Shown piece by piece: positions 28,592 to 37,603 of a stretch of 64,000 nt of DNA. The notes beneath the pieces were generated by a model. The model was given only the letters and a program-made list of their open reading frames with translations. It made no database searches and was not told the origin of the DNA. The DNA lies in IMG/VR virus record IMGVR_UViG_3300024351_000022, one strand, 5' to 3'. The DNA is from an uncultured virus (IMG/VR IMGVR_UViG_3300024351_000022) (taxonomy: Duplodnaviria; Heunggongvirae; Uroviricota; Caudoviricetes). The number at the start of each line of letters is the position of its first letter. Position 1 is the first letter of the stretch. Both the position numbers and the translations under genes were made by a program.

Positions 28592-31063
28592 TCACACGTC
28601 CATGCTGGAGGGGAAGATCCCATCCATGGCGGAGACGTTCGTGAACGTCCAGCCGTAGCGGCCGGAGAAGGTGCGGGTGGTGATGGTGCTGCCGGAGAAG
28701 GGGAGGTGTTCGATGTCGGCGCTCTCATCCGGCGGTTCCGTTTCGTGGCGGGTGAGGCTGGTGCCGATGGAGGTGGCCAGCGTGCGTTTCCCCTGCACCC
28801 ATGAGCGGGCGGTCGCGGCTTGCCGGGCCTTGCATCGCGCCTGGATGGTGAGTCGGCCGGGAGTCCAGCCGGTATCCACTTGGGCGATGGGGCGGGCAAA
28901 GGGGATGGTGTGGACGATGGGGCGGTTGATCGCGCCGATGCGCTGAATGCTCACGCTGGCCTCGATGATGTCATTGGCGGGTGATCCGGAGATGGCGGTG
29001 ATGATGGTGTAGGAGAAGTCATAGGCCATCCATTGGGTGACCAGGTTTCCGAGCTTCTCCCCGGCGATTTGATAGGGGCTGCCGGTGGTGCGGCGTGAGA
29101 TGGTGCCAGGGGAGAGCGATGCCAGGAGCGCCGCCACGGCGGTCTGGGCGGCACTGAGGTCCGCGCCGCGTGCGGTGCCGGAGATGGTGCGCTCCTCGGT
29201 CATGCTTCCCTCGTCCACGGAAATGCTGTCCCGGTATTCGATGCTCGCCGGGCCGGTGGTCGCAATCTTCCATGCGTAGGAAAACCGCAGGGTGCCGCTG
29301 TCCGTGAACATGGGAGAGAGCGTCAGATCCAGCTCGTCCGGTGTCCAATCTCCCCCGGTGCCGGGAAGGGGATCGAAGCCGACTTCGCTGCTCTGCCACT
29401 CGTGTTGATTGCTGGCCGTGTGGTGAAAGTAGGACCAGTCTCCCGTGCCTTCGAGGTCGCGGAAAAGGTAGTTGCTGCCATCCGTGGTGGGCATGCTGCC
29501 GGAGAACCAGTGGCCATCGTGACTCCAGCGGGAGTTTCCGGCGCTGTCACGCCCGGCGAATTTCAGGGAGGTGTTTGCCGTGGGGATGCTTGCGCCGGTG
29601 ATGCTGAGGGTGAGTGCCTCGGCAGCGCCCCAGGATTCTTTCTCCTCATCCGTGGTCAGGATCACGCCGCCGGGGATGAGGCTGCGGGCGATGTTGCGGA
29701 CGAGTGTGATGTTCGGGCCGGCGAGGACTCCGGAGAGTTGGCGGGTGTGATCGGAGAATGCGCCCCGGCTCGTGGTCCATTCCACGCTGCCATGGATCTG
29801 CGTGGTGGCGAGGACCGGGTAGTCATAGGAGAAAGACAGTGAGACGATCAGGCGGGTGCCGTTTCCGGAGACCTCGGTGAGGTAGTCCGTGGTCTCCTGC
29901 ATGCGGGTGGGGCTGCCGGTGGCGAGGTCGGCTCCGATGCTCCGCGCCTTGGCGATGAGTGAGGCTTCATCCCGCCCGCGAATCTCGCCGGTGACGGAGA
30001 GCTTGCGGCCGTCCTCGCCTTGGCTGGTGGCCAGGCGGGCACGGAAGTAGGTGGGGGTGGAGGAGAGTTCCCGATACTCGAAGGAAAAGTTCAGCGTCCC
30101 TGTCCATTCCTCAGCGGAGGTATCGCCGCCCACGGTGCGATCCATGTCTGACTTCAGCGAGGCAAGCCGCTTGCCTGTGCCGGATTTTGCCAAAATCAGG
30201 GCGGTGAGGCGGGTGAGGGCCACGGCTTCATCGTCCGCCGTGATGGTGCCGGAGTAGCTGTGGGTGATCTCACCGCTGCCTTCGTCCTCGGAGGTGGTGG
30301 ATTTCATGGTCACGATGGCGTCGTTGCCCCCCGGCAAGTCGTGGTGGAAGCACTGCACTTCCACCTCCAGCTTGGTGCGGTGGGGATCGATGACTGGCGT
30401 GAGGTTCTGGATCCTCACCACGCGAGTCACGCCGCCGGTGACGAGAGTGGCGTAGCGGGCGTTCATGGTCTTGATGGCTTCCGCCTGCGTGCGGAGGTAG
30501 GTCCAGCGGGAGGATTCGTTGTCCGTTTGATTGGCGGTGGCATAGAGGCCACGGAAGGAGAGAGTGGTGGTGGTGATGGTGCGGGCGCTGGAAAGCAGGC
30601 TCACGCGGTCGGTGGCCAGGCTTTCCTGGAAGCCATCGAGCGCATGGAGGATGATGGGGCTGCCGCCCACGGGGGTAATGGTGGCGGAGATGAGGCTTTC
30701 CACGGTGGCATCCGGCAGCGGTTCGTGCGCCATGAATTGCAGCGTGAGCGTGTTCGAGGTGCCGGTGAGGGGTGATGCGAGGCCATCGCCTGCGGGCATG
30801 GCCAGCCAGGAGAGGTAGTGGCCGCCGGGGGACTCGGCGCGGAGAATGCCCTCCCGCGTGTTCATGACTCCCTGCAAGAATTCCATGCGGGCGGCGATGG
30901 TGGCTGGATCATGCGATGCCAGCGCCAGACTCACGGTGAGGGTGACCGCCTGCCGCGTGGCCACGCCGGGCGGCGCTGGGTCTGGGCTGCGGGAAATGTT
31001 CAGGGTGGGCGTGCCGTAGAGCGAGAGATCCACCCCGTCGAAAGTAATCGTTCCGTTCTTCAC
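28592..31063 (-). CDS. Large Thr/Ser-rich virion (tail) protein with internal repeated modules; start uncertain (31063 or 31099)
   Basis: Repeated (S/T)GT-x-x-(A/G)...A...A..L and F-S-Y/F motifs. Confidence 0.6.
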   Translation of the reverse strand: MKNGTITFDGVDLSLYGTPTLNISRSPDPAPPGVATRQAVTLTVSLALASHDPATIAARMEFLQGVMNTREGILRAESPGGHYLSWLAMPAGDGLASPLTGTSNTLTLQFMAHEPLPDATVESLISATITPVGGSPIILHALDGFQESLATDRVSLLSSARTITTTTLSFRGLYATANQTDNESSRWTYLRTQAEAIKTMNARYATLVTGGVTRVVRIQNLTPVIDPHRTKLEVEVQCFHHDLPGGNDAIVTMKSTTSEDEGSGEITHSYSGTITADDEAVALTRLTALILAKSGTGKRLASLKSDMDRTVGGDTSAEEWTGTLNFSFEYRELSSTPTYFRARLATSQGEDGRKLSVTGEIRGRDEASLIAKARSIGADLATGSPTRMQETTDYLTEVSGNGTRLIVSLSFSYDYPVLATTQIHGSVEWTTSRGAFSDHTRQLSGVLAGPNITLVRNIARSLIPGGVILTTDEEKESWGAAEALTLSITGASIPTANTSLKFAGRDSAGNSRWSHDGHWFSGSMPTTDGSNYLFRDLEGTGDWSYFHHTASNQHEWQSSEVGFDPLPGTGGDWTPDELDLTLSPMFTDSGTLRFSYAWKIATTGPASIEYRDSISVDEGSMTEERTISGTARGADLSAAQTAVAALLASLSPGTISRRTTGSPYQIAGEKLGNLVTQWMAYDFSYTIITAISGSPANDIIEASVSIQRIGAINRPIVHTIPFARPIAQVDTGWTPGRLTIQARCKARQAATARSWVQGKRTLATSIGTSLTRHETEPPDESADIEHLPFSGSTITTRTFSGRYGWTFTNVSAMDGIFPSSMDV

Positions 31064-31128
31064 GCTCTCGATTGTTCCGCGAAGCAGAACGATTGACAAG
31101 GCGGAACAAATCCTTCAGGGATCTGGTC

Positions 31129-32334
31129 ATGGTTCCCGCTGGAGCAGTCACTTATCCCGGCTACACGCCCACCCCGATCACTGGCGCTCCTGTGGCGCTC
31201 ACGGCGAACCGGGCCTTCGCCGCCACGGACGTGGGCCGGATCATCAGTCTGGCTGGGTATGCACTGAATCTCACGGCCGGATCTGTCACCGCTCAAGGCG
31301 GGTTCTTTGTTCGTGGTCCAGGCAGTATCACCGGGGCCTTGGGAAGTATCACGGTGGCGGCGGATCGCTCATTGCATATCCTGTTCTCTCCTGCGCTGGG
31401 GTTCGATCTGGTCGGTGACGACCGCGTGAAGAACAACTATTCCGCCACCGCTGCGCCCGGGGTGGGGAATGATAACACCCAGGGCTATGGCCCGGGCAGC
31501 GTGTGGATTGATACCGTGGCCAAGGAGGCGTATCACTGCGTCGATGCCGCCACGGGAGCGGCGTTGTGGGTGGTGGGAACTTTGTCGGTGGCTGAGGTGG
31601 CGGCGATGTTGGAGGATAAACTCGATGCGACGACTGCTGCTGTGGCGTTGATGTTGGAAGCAGATCCGGCGCTCATGCGGCAGGCGCTGGGCAATGTGGC
31701 ACTGTTGTCCGATTGTGAATTCTCCGGCGAGGTGATCGTCAGTGATGCCATCACGATACTGGATGGCACCCACATGGGTGCCATCCTTCGGAACCTCAGC
31801 GGGTCGGCAAAGACTTTATTCTTGGGTTCGCCTACAGGGGCAATGGCAGGCAAGACATTTGCTGTGGCCGGGCCGTGGAATTTTTCTGTAAACCAGCCGC
31901 AGGGGCCGGTGGGCACCGTGACATCCGTTCCAGGAGGAACTCATATCATCCGGGCGATTGGCCTTGGTTGGGTGATTCAAACAGCGACTGCCAATCAGTT
32001 CATTCCGGCGTCCCAGAATGGGGATCTCACAGTAGAGGTGGCGTTTACTGAATATGGGGAATACACGCTGACGAATGCCGACAAGGGTAAGATGTTGATC
32101 TTTGACGAGGCCGCCAATCTTTACGCCACGGTCGCTGACCTGTCGGCGGTTTTCAATGTGGGCATCCTGGCGCGTGGCGGAGCGGTGACGCTGGTGGTGA
32201 CGGGGGATCTGAATGGCGTGACCACGGGAACCGGAGTCATTCCGCAGGGGTATGAACCCACCAGTATTTTCAAGGCTGTCAGTGAGTTGGTTGCCACCGG
32301 ATCTATCGGAGCCATCACCGAGTTCACCCCATGA
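31129..32334 (+). CDS. Putative tail fibre protein
   Basis: APGVGNDNTQGYGPGSVWID...YHCVDAATGAALW motif seen in phage fibres. Confidence 0.6.
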   Translation: MVPAGAVTYPGYTPTPITGAPVALTANRAFAATDVGRIISLAGYALNLTAGSVTAQGGFFVRGPGSITGALGSITVAADRSLHILFSPALGFDLVGDDRVKNNYSATAAPGVGNDNTQGYGPGSVWIDTVAKEAYHCVDAATGAALWVVGTLSVAEVAAMLEDKLDATTAAVALMLEADPALMRQALGNVALLSDCEFSGEVIVSDAITILDGTHMGAILRNLSGSAKTLFLGSPTGAMAGKTFAVAGPWNFSVNQPQGPVGTVTSVPGGTHIIRAIGLGWVIQTATANQFIPASQNGDLTVEVAFTEYGEYTLTNADKGKMLIFDEAANLYATVADLSAVFNVGILARGGAVTLVVTGDLNGVTTGTGVIPQGYEPTSIFKAVSELVATGSIGAITEFTP

Positions 32335-32510
32335 AGAGACCGATCATCAATCCGATCATGAATAACATTCTAAGGCCTACTTTGGTGGGAGTGTGGGCTG
32401 GTGGGCCTACGCGGATTCCCTACGTCCTCATCATTAACATCGGGGGCGTGCCACACGCCCTCACCCTGACCATCGGCGGCGTCCAAACCGCTCTAACCAT
32501 CCGACCCTAA
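32331..32510 (+). CDS. Small hypothetical protein (59 aa)
   Basis: MKRPIINPIMNNILRP...; ATGA-coupled, fills the gap. Confidence 0.5.
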   Translation: MKRPIINPIMNNILRPTLVGVWAGGPTRIPYVLIINIGGVPHALTLTIGGVQTALTIRP

Positions 32511-32519
32511 CACGCAGCT

Positions 32520-34526
32520 ATGTCCGAATTCACATCACTCCCCATCCCCGCCGTGCCCGTATCAAGTGTCGCCGCCGCCTTGCGGACTGACATCGAGCTG
32601 CTTAGTCCCGCCGTTGTCGGGCACGAAGAAGCTATTGTGCATTTCTACGACCAGTTGATCGACGCGCAGACCGCCGGCTATCCGGGCGACGGGAAATACA
32701 TCGTCGTCGGTGGTGCAGGCGATTCCATGACATCGGGATCGTCGGCATTTAGCCCGTTTGTCACGCGGGAGTTTCTCCGCCGTTTCGGGCAAGGTGCAGT
32801 GGCTTCTGCATTTTTGGGTGGGTCGGTTACGGTCGGCACCGGGCAATTCTCGATGACGACGACGCTCGCGGGCAGTGCGGTGGCAACGAGCGAGAGTTTC
32901 ATTTACCTTCCGAATGGGGATTATTGGACAATCCCAGCGGGTGGATCTGTAACCGAGACCCCGAACTCGGCAAACATCCACGCAGGGTTTCGGCGGGTTC
33001 GCTGTTGGTATGGCATCCGATCTGGAGGTGGATCGCTCACATTCACGGTGACCCAAAACGGTGCCGGTCTCACACCCAAAGTCGTAAACACCGGAGTCGG
33101 CACGCCGAATACCATCGGGTATGTCGATTTTGATTTTGCGGACGGCCTCGTCGTAAACGGGAAGCCCATTCTACAAGTCGCGGCATCGGGAGGAACGTGC
33201 CACTACCTCGGCAGTTACATGTATCTACAATCCGGCTTTGTTCCCGTGTCTCTTGGGCGAGGCTCCAGTTCCTATGCCCAGGCGCTGACTGGTCCCGCGG
33301 CGAACCTTGCGACGTTCTGCTCGGCCATGGACGTGCGGTTGATTTTCCACGCGGTGAAAGAAGAGGATCTGACCTACAATAACCTGCGTACAATGATGGA
33401 CCGCTGGGCAACTCAGCATCCGCGTTGCTCGCACATTTGGGTCGGCGCAACGCCATCCCCGAGCGCTGGCGGCGTCAACGACGTGAACAGCAATGCGGCG
33501 ATGCAGGCCAAGTGTCTCGAACATAAAATGGCATATGTTGATGGGCAAAGACTACTGCGTTCGGTCGCTTACATGGGCACTATTGGTCCTGCCTCCGATG
33601 GCTGGAATGAGTCACCAACGGCCCCACACTTGTCCCTTCCTGCTCGTCGTTTCATCGCTACCTGGGTCATCGACAAATTGCTCCTGGGTCTGCAAGTGGC
33701 CGGCGGCCGTCAGTCGAACGTGAGCGAGGAGACGCTTCGAATGGACATGCTGCGTGACACTCGGGTTCGAGTTGGCATTTGGGCGCAAACGTCCTCGACC
33801 TACGGTGGGTCAAACTTCACACACGTCACTCCCGACTTCGGTCGGATGACATTCCGCATGACTGCGTCACCAGCTCCGGTGGCGAACTCTGGGCGGGGTG
33901 GCAAAGTGGCCCATCTTGCGCCAAACATGGCGCAACGAATGATGATCGGCTACCGCATAACCGACGGAAACCTGATTGACGGGGTTTTCGCCTCTATCGT
34001 TTTTTCTGGTGGCGGACCACAAGAGGTGGGTGGACTCGTAAACAGTTCGTTTGGGGGGTTCCGGATTATTCACGGCGTTGATACTATCTCGGGTCAGCCG
34101 GTGCCATTTATCCAGTTCGCGGTTAAGGGCTCAGGCACGTCTGAAACGCTGTCTCCGAAAATCTATCACTCGTCTGCGACGGGGGTGGCTCCGTTTGCTG
34201 GTGGTGACTGGAATGCTGGCGAGAACATTTATTGGATCGAGTATTTCGGCGGCGGAACCTCGCCCACCAAACGATTCCGCGCCTGGCACGAACCGTGTGC
34301 CGCAGGATCGTCGTCCACCCGAGTTGCGGCCCGCCGCATGATCGCAGACTGGAGTGGAAACATCACAGTCGGCGGAACAGTAGATCCGTCTGTTTATTTC
34401 GGACTCTACACGTTGGGGTCTCCAGGAACCCCCGGAGGAGTCCGCGATGTGGCTTTGTCGAATCTCTGGGTGGACCACTCGCCACCGTTCGCGGCCGACC
34501 TGACGCAGTCGGATATGCAGTATTGA
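32520..34526 (+). CDS. SGNH/GDSL esterase-domain tail spike / receptor-binding protein
   Basis: GDSMT nucleophile motif and a later PHLS; codon usage differs from neighbours. Confidence 0.65.
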   Translation: MSEFTSLPIPAVPVSSVAAALRTDIELLSPAVVGHEEAIVHFYDQLIDAQTAGYPGDGKYIVVGGAGDSMTSGSSAFSPFVTREFLRRFGQGAVASAFLGGSVTVGTGQFSMTTTLAGSAVATSESFIYLPNGDYWTIPAGGSVTETPNSANIHAGFRRVRCWYGIRSGGGSLTFTVTQNGAGLTPKVVNTGVGTPNTIGYVDFDFADGLVVNGKPILQVAASGGTCHYLGSYMYLQSGFVPVSLGRGSSSYAQALTGPAANLATFCSAMDVRLIFHAVKEEDLTYNNLRTMMDRWATQHPRCSHIWVGATPSPSAGGVNDVNSNAAMQAKCLEHKMAYVDGQRLLRSVAYMGTIGPASDGWNESPTAPHLSLPARRFIATWVIDKLLLGLQVAGGRQSNVSEETLRMDMLRDTRVRVGIWAQTSSTYGGSNFTHVTPDFGRMTFRMTASPAPVANSGRGGKVAHLAPNMAQRMMIGYRITDGNLIDGVFASIVFSGGGPQEVGGLVNSSFGGFRIIHGVDTISGQPVPFIQFAVKGSGTSETLSPKIYHSSATGVAPFAGGDWNAGENIYWIEYFGGGTSPTKRFRAWHEPCAAGSSSTRVAARRMIADWSGNITVGGTVDPSVYFGLYTLGSPGTPGGVRDVALSNLWVDHSPPFAADLTQSDMQY

Positions 34527-34539
34527 AAGTAGAGGGATA

Positions 34540-35226
34540 GTGAAAATGAAACCAATCTGCCTACTTCTCGCCATACTCCTCGCCTCATGCGCCGGGAAGC
34601 TCACGCCTTCTCCCAACCCGGAGCAGGTGATCACCTCCGCGCCTGCCCGTGCTGAGGTAGCGCCTGCTGCGCGGGATGTTCGGGAGTCCGTCACCGCATC
34701 CGGTCAGGCCGCCACCCAGGTGGAGCGCCGGGCGGCCGACCTCCAGCGGCAAGTGGCCGATACGAAGGGAAAGATCGCCAGGGCAGACAGCGAGATCCGC
34801 CGATTGGTAGCCCAGGGCCAGGCGAACCAAGCGGAGTTGGTCGAACTCGGCACCCAGGTGGAGGAATTGCTTGCCGTCAACGATACCCTTGAAGCGGATT
34901 TCTCCGGAATGCAGGGAGAGATGATGAAATGGCGGGCGGCGCACGACATCGCAGTGGTCCGGGCCAATGAACTCTTTGAGTCCACTTTGAGGAAAGACGA
35001 GGAGGTCGCCGATCTGCGCCGGGAGCGCGATGACCTCCGCGCCCAGGTGGCCAGGCTGGAGGCGGCGAACAAGGCAAACGCGCTCGCCGCCCAAAAAGGA
35101 CAGGTGGATGGGGCGGGGGCGAAAGGAGAGGCGAAGAGCTGGAAAACTTTAGGCTACGCCATTCTAACAGGAGTCTTCCTGTTGGCGCTGGTGGTGGTGC
35201 TGATCAAGGTAGGACTGAAACGATAA
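34540..35226 (+). CDS. Lipoprotein with coiled coil and C-terminal TM (unimolecular spanin candidate)
   Basis: LLAILLAS-C lipobox, heptad region, GYAILTGVFLLALVVVLIK. Confidence 0.65.
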   Translation: MKMKPICLLLAILLASCAGKLTPSPNPEQVITSAPARAEVAPAARDVRESVTASGQAATQVERRAADLQRQVADTKGKIARADSEIRRLVAQGQANQAELVELGTQVEELLAVNDTLEADFSGMQGEMMKWRAAHDIAVVRANELFESTLRKDEEVADLRRERDDLRAQVARLEAANKANALAAQKGQVDGAGAKGEAKSWKTLGYAILTGVFLLALVVVLIKVGLKR

Positions 35227-35251
35227 CTGGAACATCAACGAATCAAGATTT

Positions 35252-35575
35252 ATGGATACGATCACGATTGGCAGCGATGGCTCTGGCTCGGTGGCGCTCA
35301 CCGGGCTGGAGGCGGGCAAGGTCTATGGCATCCGCGTGCGGCGCGGCACGGCGAGGATGGGTCACGTCCGCTTCGTGGAGCGCTGGACGGCGCTCTCCGG
35401 GGATGCTGGCACTGCGCTGAATGATGAGGAGGGCCGCACTTACGTGTTCGACCTGGAGCGAACGGAAGCCGGGGGCTTCACTTACTTCATGGTGGAGGAT
35501 GGCACTATCACCGTGACGGTCAGCGGCGGCACCGCCGGGCAAACCATCCACGTCGGCTTCGCCGCCCAAGGCTGA
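35252..35575 (+). CDS. Hypothetical protein
   Basis: 107-aa ORF in the lysis region. Confidence 0.55.
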   Translation: MDTITIGSDGSGSVALTGLEAGKVYGIRVRRGTARMGHVRFVERWTALSGDAGTALNDEEGRTYVFDLERTEAGGFTYFMVEDGTITVTVSGGTAGQTIHVGFAAQG

Positions 35576-35611
35576 ACATTCTCCCCTGAAACATCGAACA
35601 CACCCTGAATT

Positions 35612-36004
35612 ATGCCTCGCGAACCATGGTATGTGAAACTCCGGCTCCCGTTTTTGTGGAGCATCAAGAATGAACTCCTGCTGACCTTTGTGGTGGGGAT
35701 CATCTTTGCCGTGCTGGCGGTGCCAGCGATCCGAGCGGTAGATCCTACGTCCGCCGTGGCGGATCTGGGGATCGTGCATCTGGTCCTGCTTGCCCCGCTG
35801 GTGGTGGTTTCTGGAGTGGTGGTCTTCTGGGTCATCGTGAACCTGGGGCTGACCTTTCTGGATCGTTGGTTCGACTCAAAGGGTGGGCAGGGAATCCGCG
35901 AGGACTTTGTGGCGACGACTCCGGCGGTGCGCTTGTTCTTCTTCCTCGGGGTCTTTGCCGTCATCATGCTCAGCTATTCATTGGCATTGCTGGCATTCAT
36001 CTGA
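35612..36004 (+). CDS. Holin-like membrane protein (3 TM)
   Basis: Three hydrophobic segments, just before the endolysin. Confidence 0.6.
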   Translation: MPREPWYVKLRLPFLWSIKNELLLTFVVGIIFAVLAVPAIRAVDPTSAVADLGIVHLVLLAPLVVVSGVVVFWVIVNLGLTFLDRWFDSKGGQGIREDFVATTPAVRLFFFLGVFAVIMLSYSLALLAFI

Positions 36005-36035
36005 GGGGACGCGGAACCATCCATCTTGAGGAACC

Positions 36036-36614
36036 ATGAAATCGATCATCATTCCCCTCTTGGCCGTGCTGGCGATGGCAGCGCCTCCTGCGGTGCTGAC
36101 GAAGCCCGCCAAGCCTGAGCCTCCGCCGGTGCTTTCTCCCCGCAAGAAGGTCCTGCGGGTGGCGGCGGCCGAGGTGGGGGTGCAGGAGAAGACGGGCCGC
36201 AACGATGGGGAGGTGGACAAGTATCTGGCGGCGGTGGGGCTGGGCGGGAGTCGTGCGCCCTATTGTGCGGCCTTCAATTTCTGGGTGGGCCGTGAGGCGC
36301 TGGGGAAAAGTAATCCGTATCCCAAGAGTGCGTGGTCGCCGGATCATGTGGTCCGTGGGCTCCGCGTGACGGCGGACTCGCTGGTGAAGGGTGGGGAGGC
36401 ATTCGGGATCTGGTTCGCCTCCAAGGGGAGGATCGCCCACACCGGGCTGCTGGAGCGGAGGGATGGGGATTGGCTGATCACAATAGAGGCAAACACTTCA
36501 CCCACGGCGGCCGTGGGGAGTGCTGCGGATAGGGACGGGCAGGGGGTCTATCGGAAACGGAGGCACTGGAGGACGGTGCATTCCACGCGGGACTGGCTGG
36601 CGGGGCTGGAGTAA
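36036..36614 (+). CDS. CHAP-like endolysin with N-terminal signal peptide
   Basis: EVGVQEKTGRNDG, PYCAAF, HTGL, TIEANT. Confidence 0.8.
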   Translation: MKSIIIPLLAVLAMAAPPAVLTKPAKPEPPPVLSPRKKVLRVAAAEVGVQEKTGRNDGEVDKYLAAVGLGGSRAPYCAAFNFWVGREALGKSNPYPKSAWSPDHVVRGLRVTADSLVKGGEAFGIWFASKGRIAHTGLLERRDGDWLITIEANTSPTAAVGSAADRDGQGVYRKRRHWRTVHSTRDWLAGLE

Positions 36615-36762
36615 GAGGAAGAGGGATGGAGACTTTTGCCATGTGGAAAGAGTGCAGGCTTGCGAGCTGGATGCCTGACACGAGGGAACACGTGGCAATA
36701 CCAGGGCCGCCCGGTGGTGGATGACCGGGCGGCCCGCATTTTCACACACAAGCATGGGGGAT

Positions 36763-37416
36763 ATGAGAATGATCACGGAAATCAAAGATGGGATCGAGTG
36801 GTTCGCGGCAGTGGTGGGGGCGGTGATGGTGATCGCCTCCTTCTTCGCGGAGGGCAGGAAGACTCTGCGGGCGGCGGGCCGTGGAGTGTGGTGGTTTCTG
36901 GGGGTGATCACCGTGCCGGTGCGAGCGCCGTGGATGGTGCCCAAGATGCTATCCATGGTGGAAAGCATGCGGGCGGAGCTGGATTTCAACGGGGGCGGAA
37001 GTGTGAAGGACGTGGTGACCATGGATCATGGGGTGAGGATGCACGATTTCCGACTGCAACCGCGACCTGGATTCATCTGCGATGAGAAGGGTGCCTTCAG
37101 TGAGGTGACGGATGCGATGATCCGACTGGTGAAGGAAACGGATAGGTCACGCCTGCTGGGGCAGAACTGGAGGAACTACATCTACAACGAGGATATCGCC
37201 AAGGTGGTGGATGCGCTGCTGGGGCAGGCTGCGTCTGGAGCGGATTTCCGCTGGCGCTGCCGGTGGACGGATGGGGAGGAGGCGCGAGGGATGTGGGAGA
37301 TGATCCTGACGGCCGTGCTGCGCAAGGCGGATGGGCGGGTGCGCTATGTGGGAACCTTGCGGCCGGTGGATGAGATCGCCAAGGGGATAGCCCAGCGGAA
37401 TGGGTGGCATGCGTAA
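36763..37416 (+). CDS. Membrane protein with C-terminal PAS domain
   Basis: N-terminal TM segments; FICDEKG...LLGQNWRNYIYNED...YVGTL PAS pattern. Confidence 0.7.
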   Translation: MRMITEIKDGIEWFAAVVGAVMVIASFFAEGRKTLRAAGRGVWWFLGVITVPVRAPWMVPKMLSMVESMRAELDFNGGGSVKDVVTMDHGVRMHDFRLQPRPGFICDEKGAFSEVTDAMIRLVKETDRSRLLGQNWRNYIYNEDIAKVVDALLGQAASGADFRWRCRWTDGEEARGMWEMILTAVLRKADGRVRYVGTLRPVDEIAKGIAQRNGWHA

Positions 37417-37518
37417 AGTGGCTTGACACGGCCCGGGGCCGAGCGTAAGGGAAGGGCCTGAACTTGCACGCCCGCCGGGTTAGCCGCCGGTTTTCATGGG
37501 TTGCTATTCATTGCTTGG

Positions 37519-37567
37519 CCGCCGCCGCCTGATCGGGTCTGTTGCCCACCCAGGCGGCGGCGGTTTT
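37519..37567 (+). terminator. Strong hairpin terminator
   Basis: CCGCCGCCGCCTG / CAGGCGGCGGCGG 13-bp stem followed by TTTT. Confidence 0.7.
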
Positions 37568-37603
37568 GTTTGGCGGTGATCCGGAGCCGAACGTTCGGCA
37601 AGG

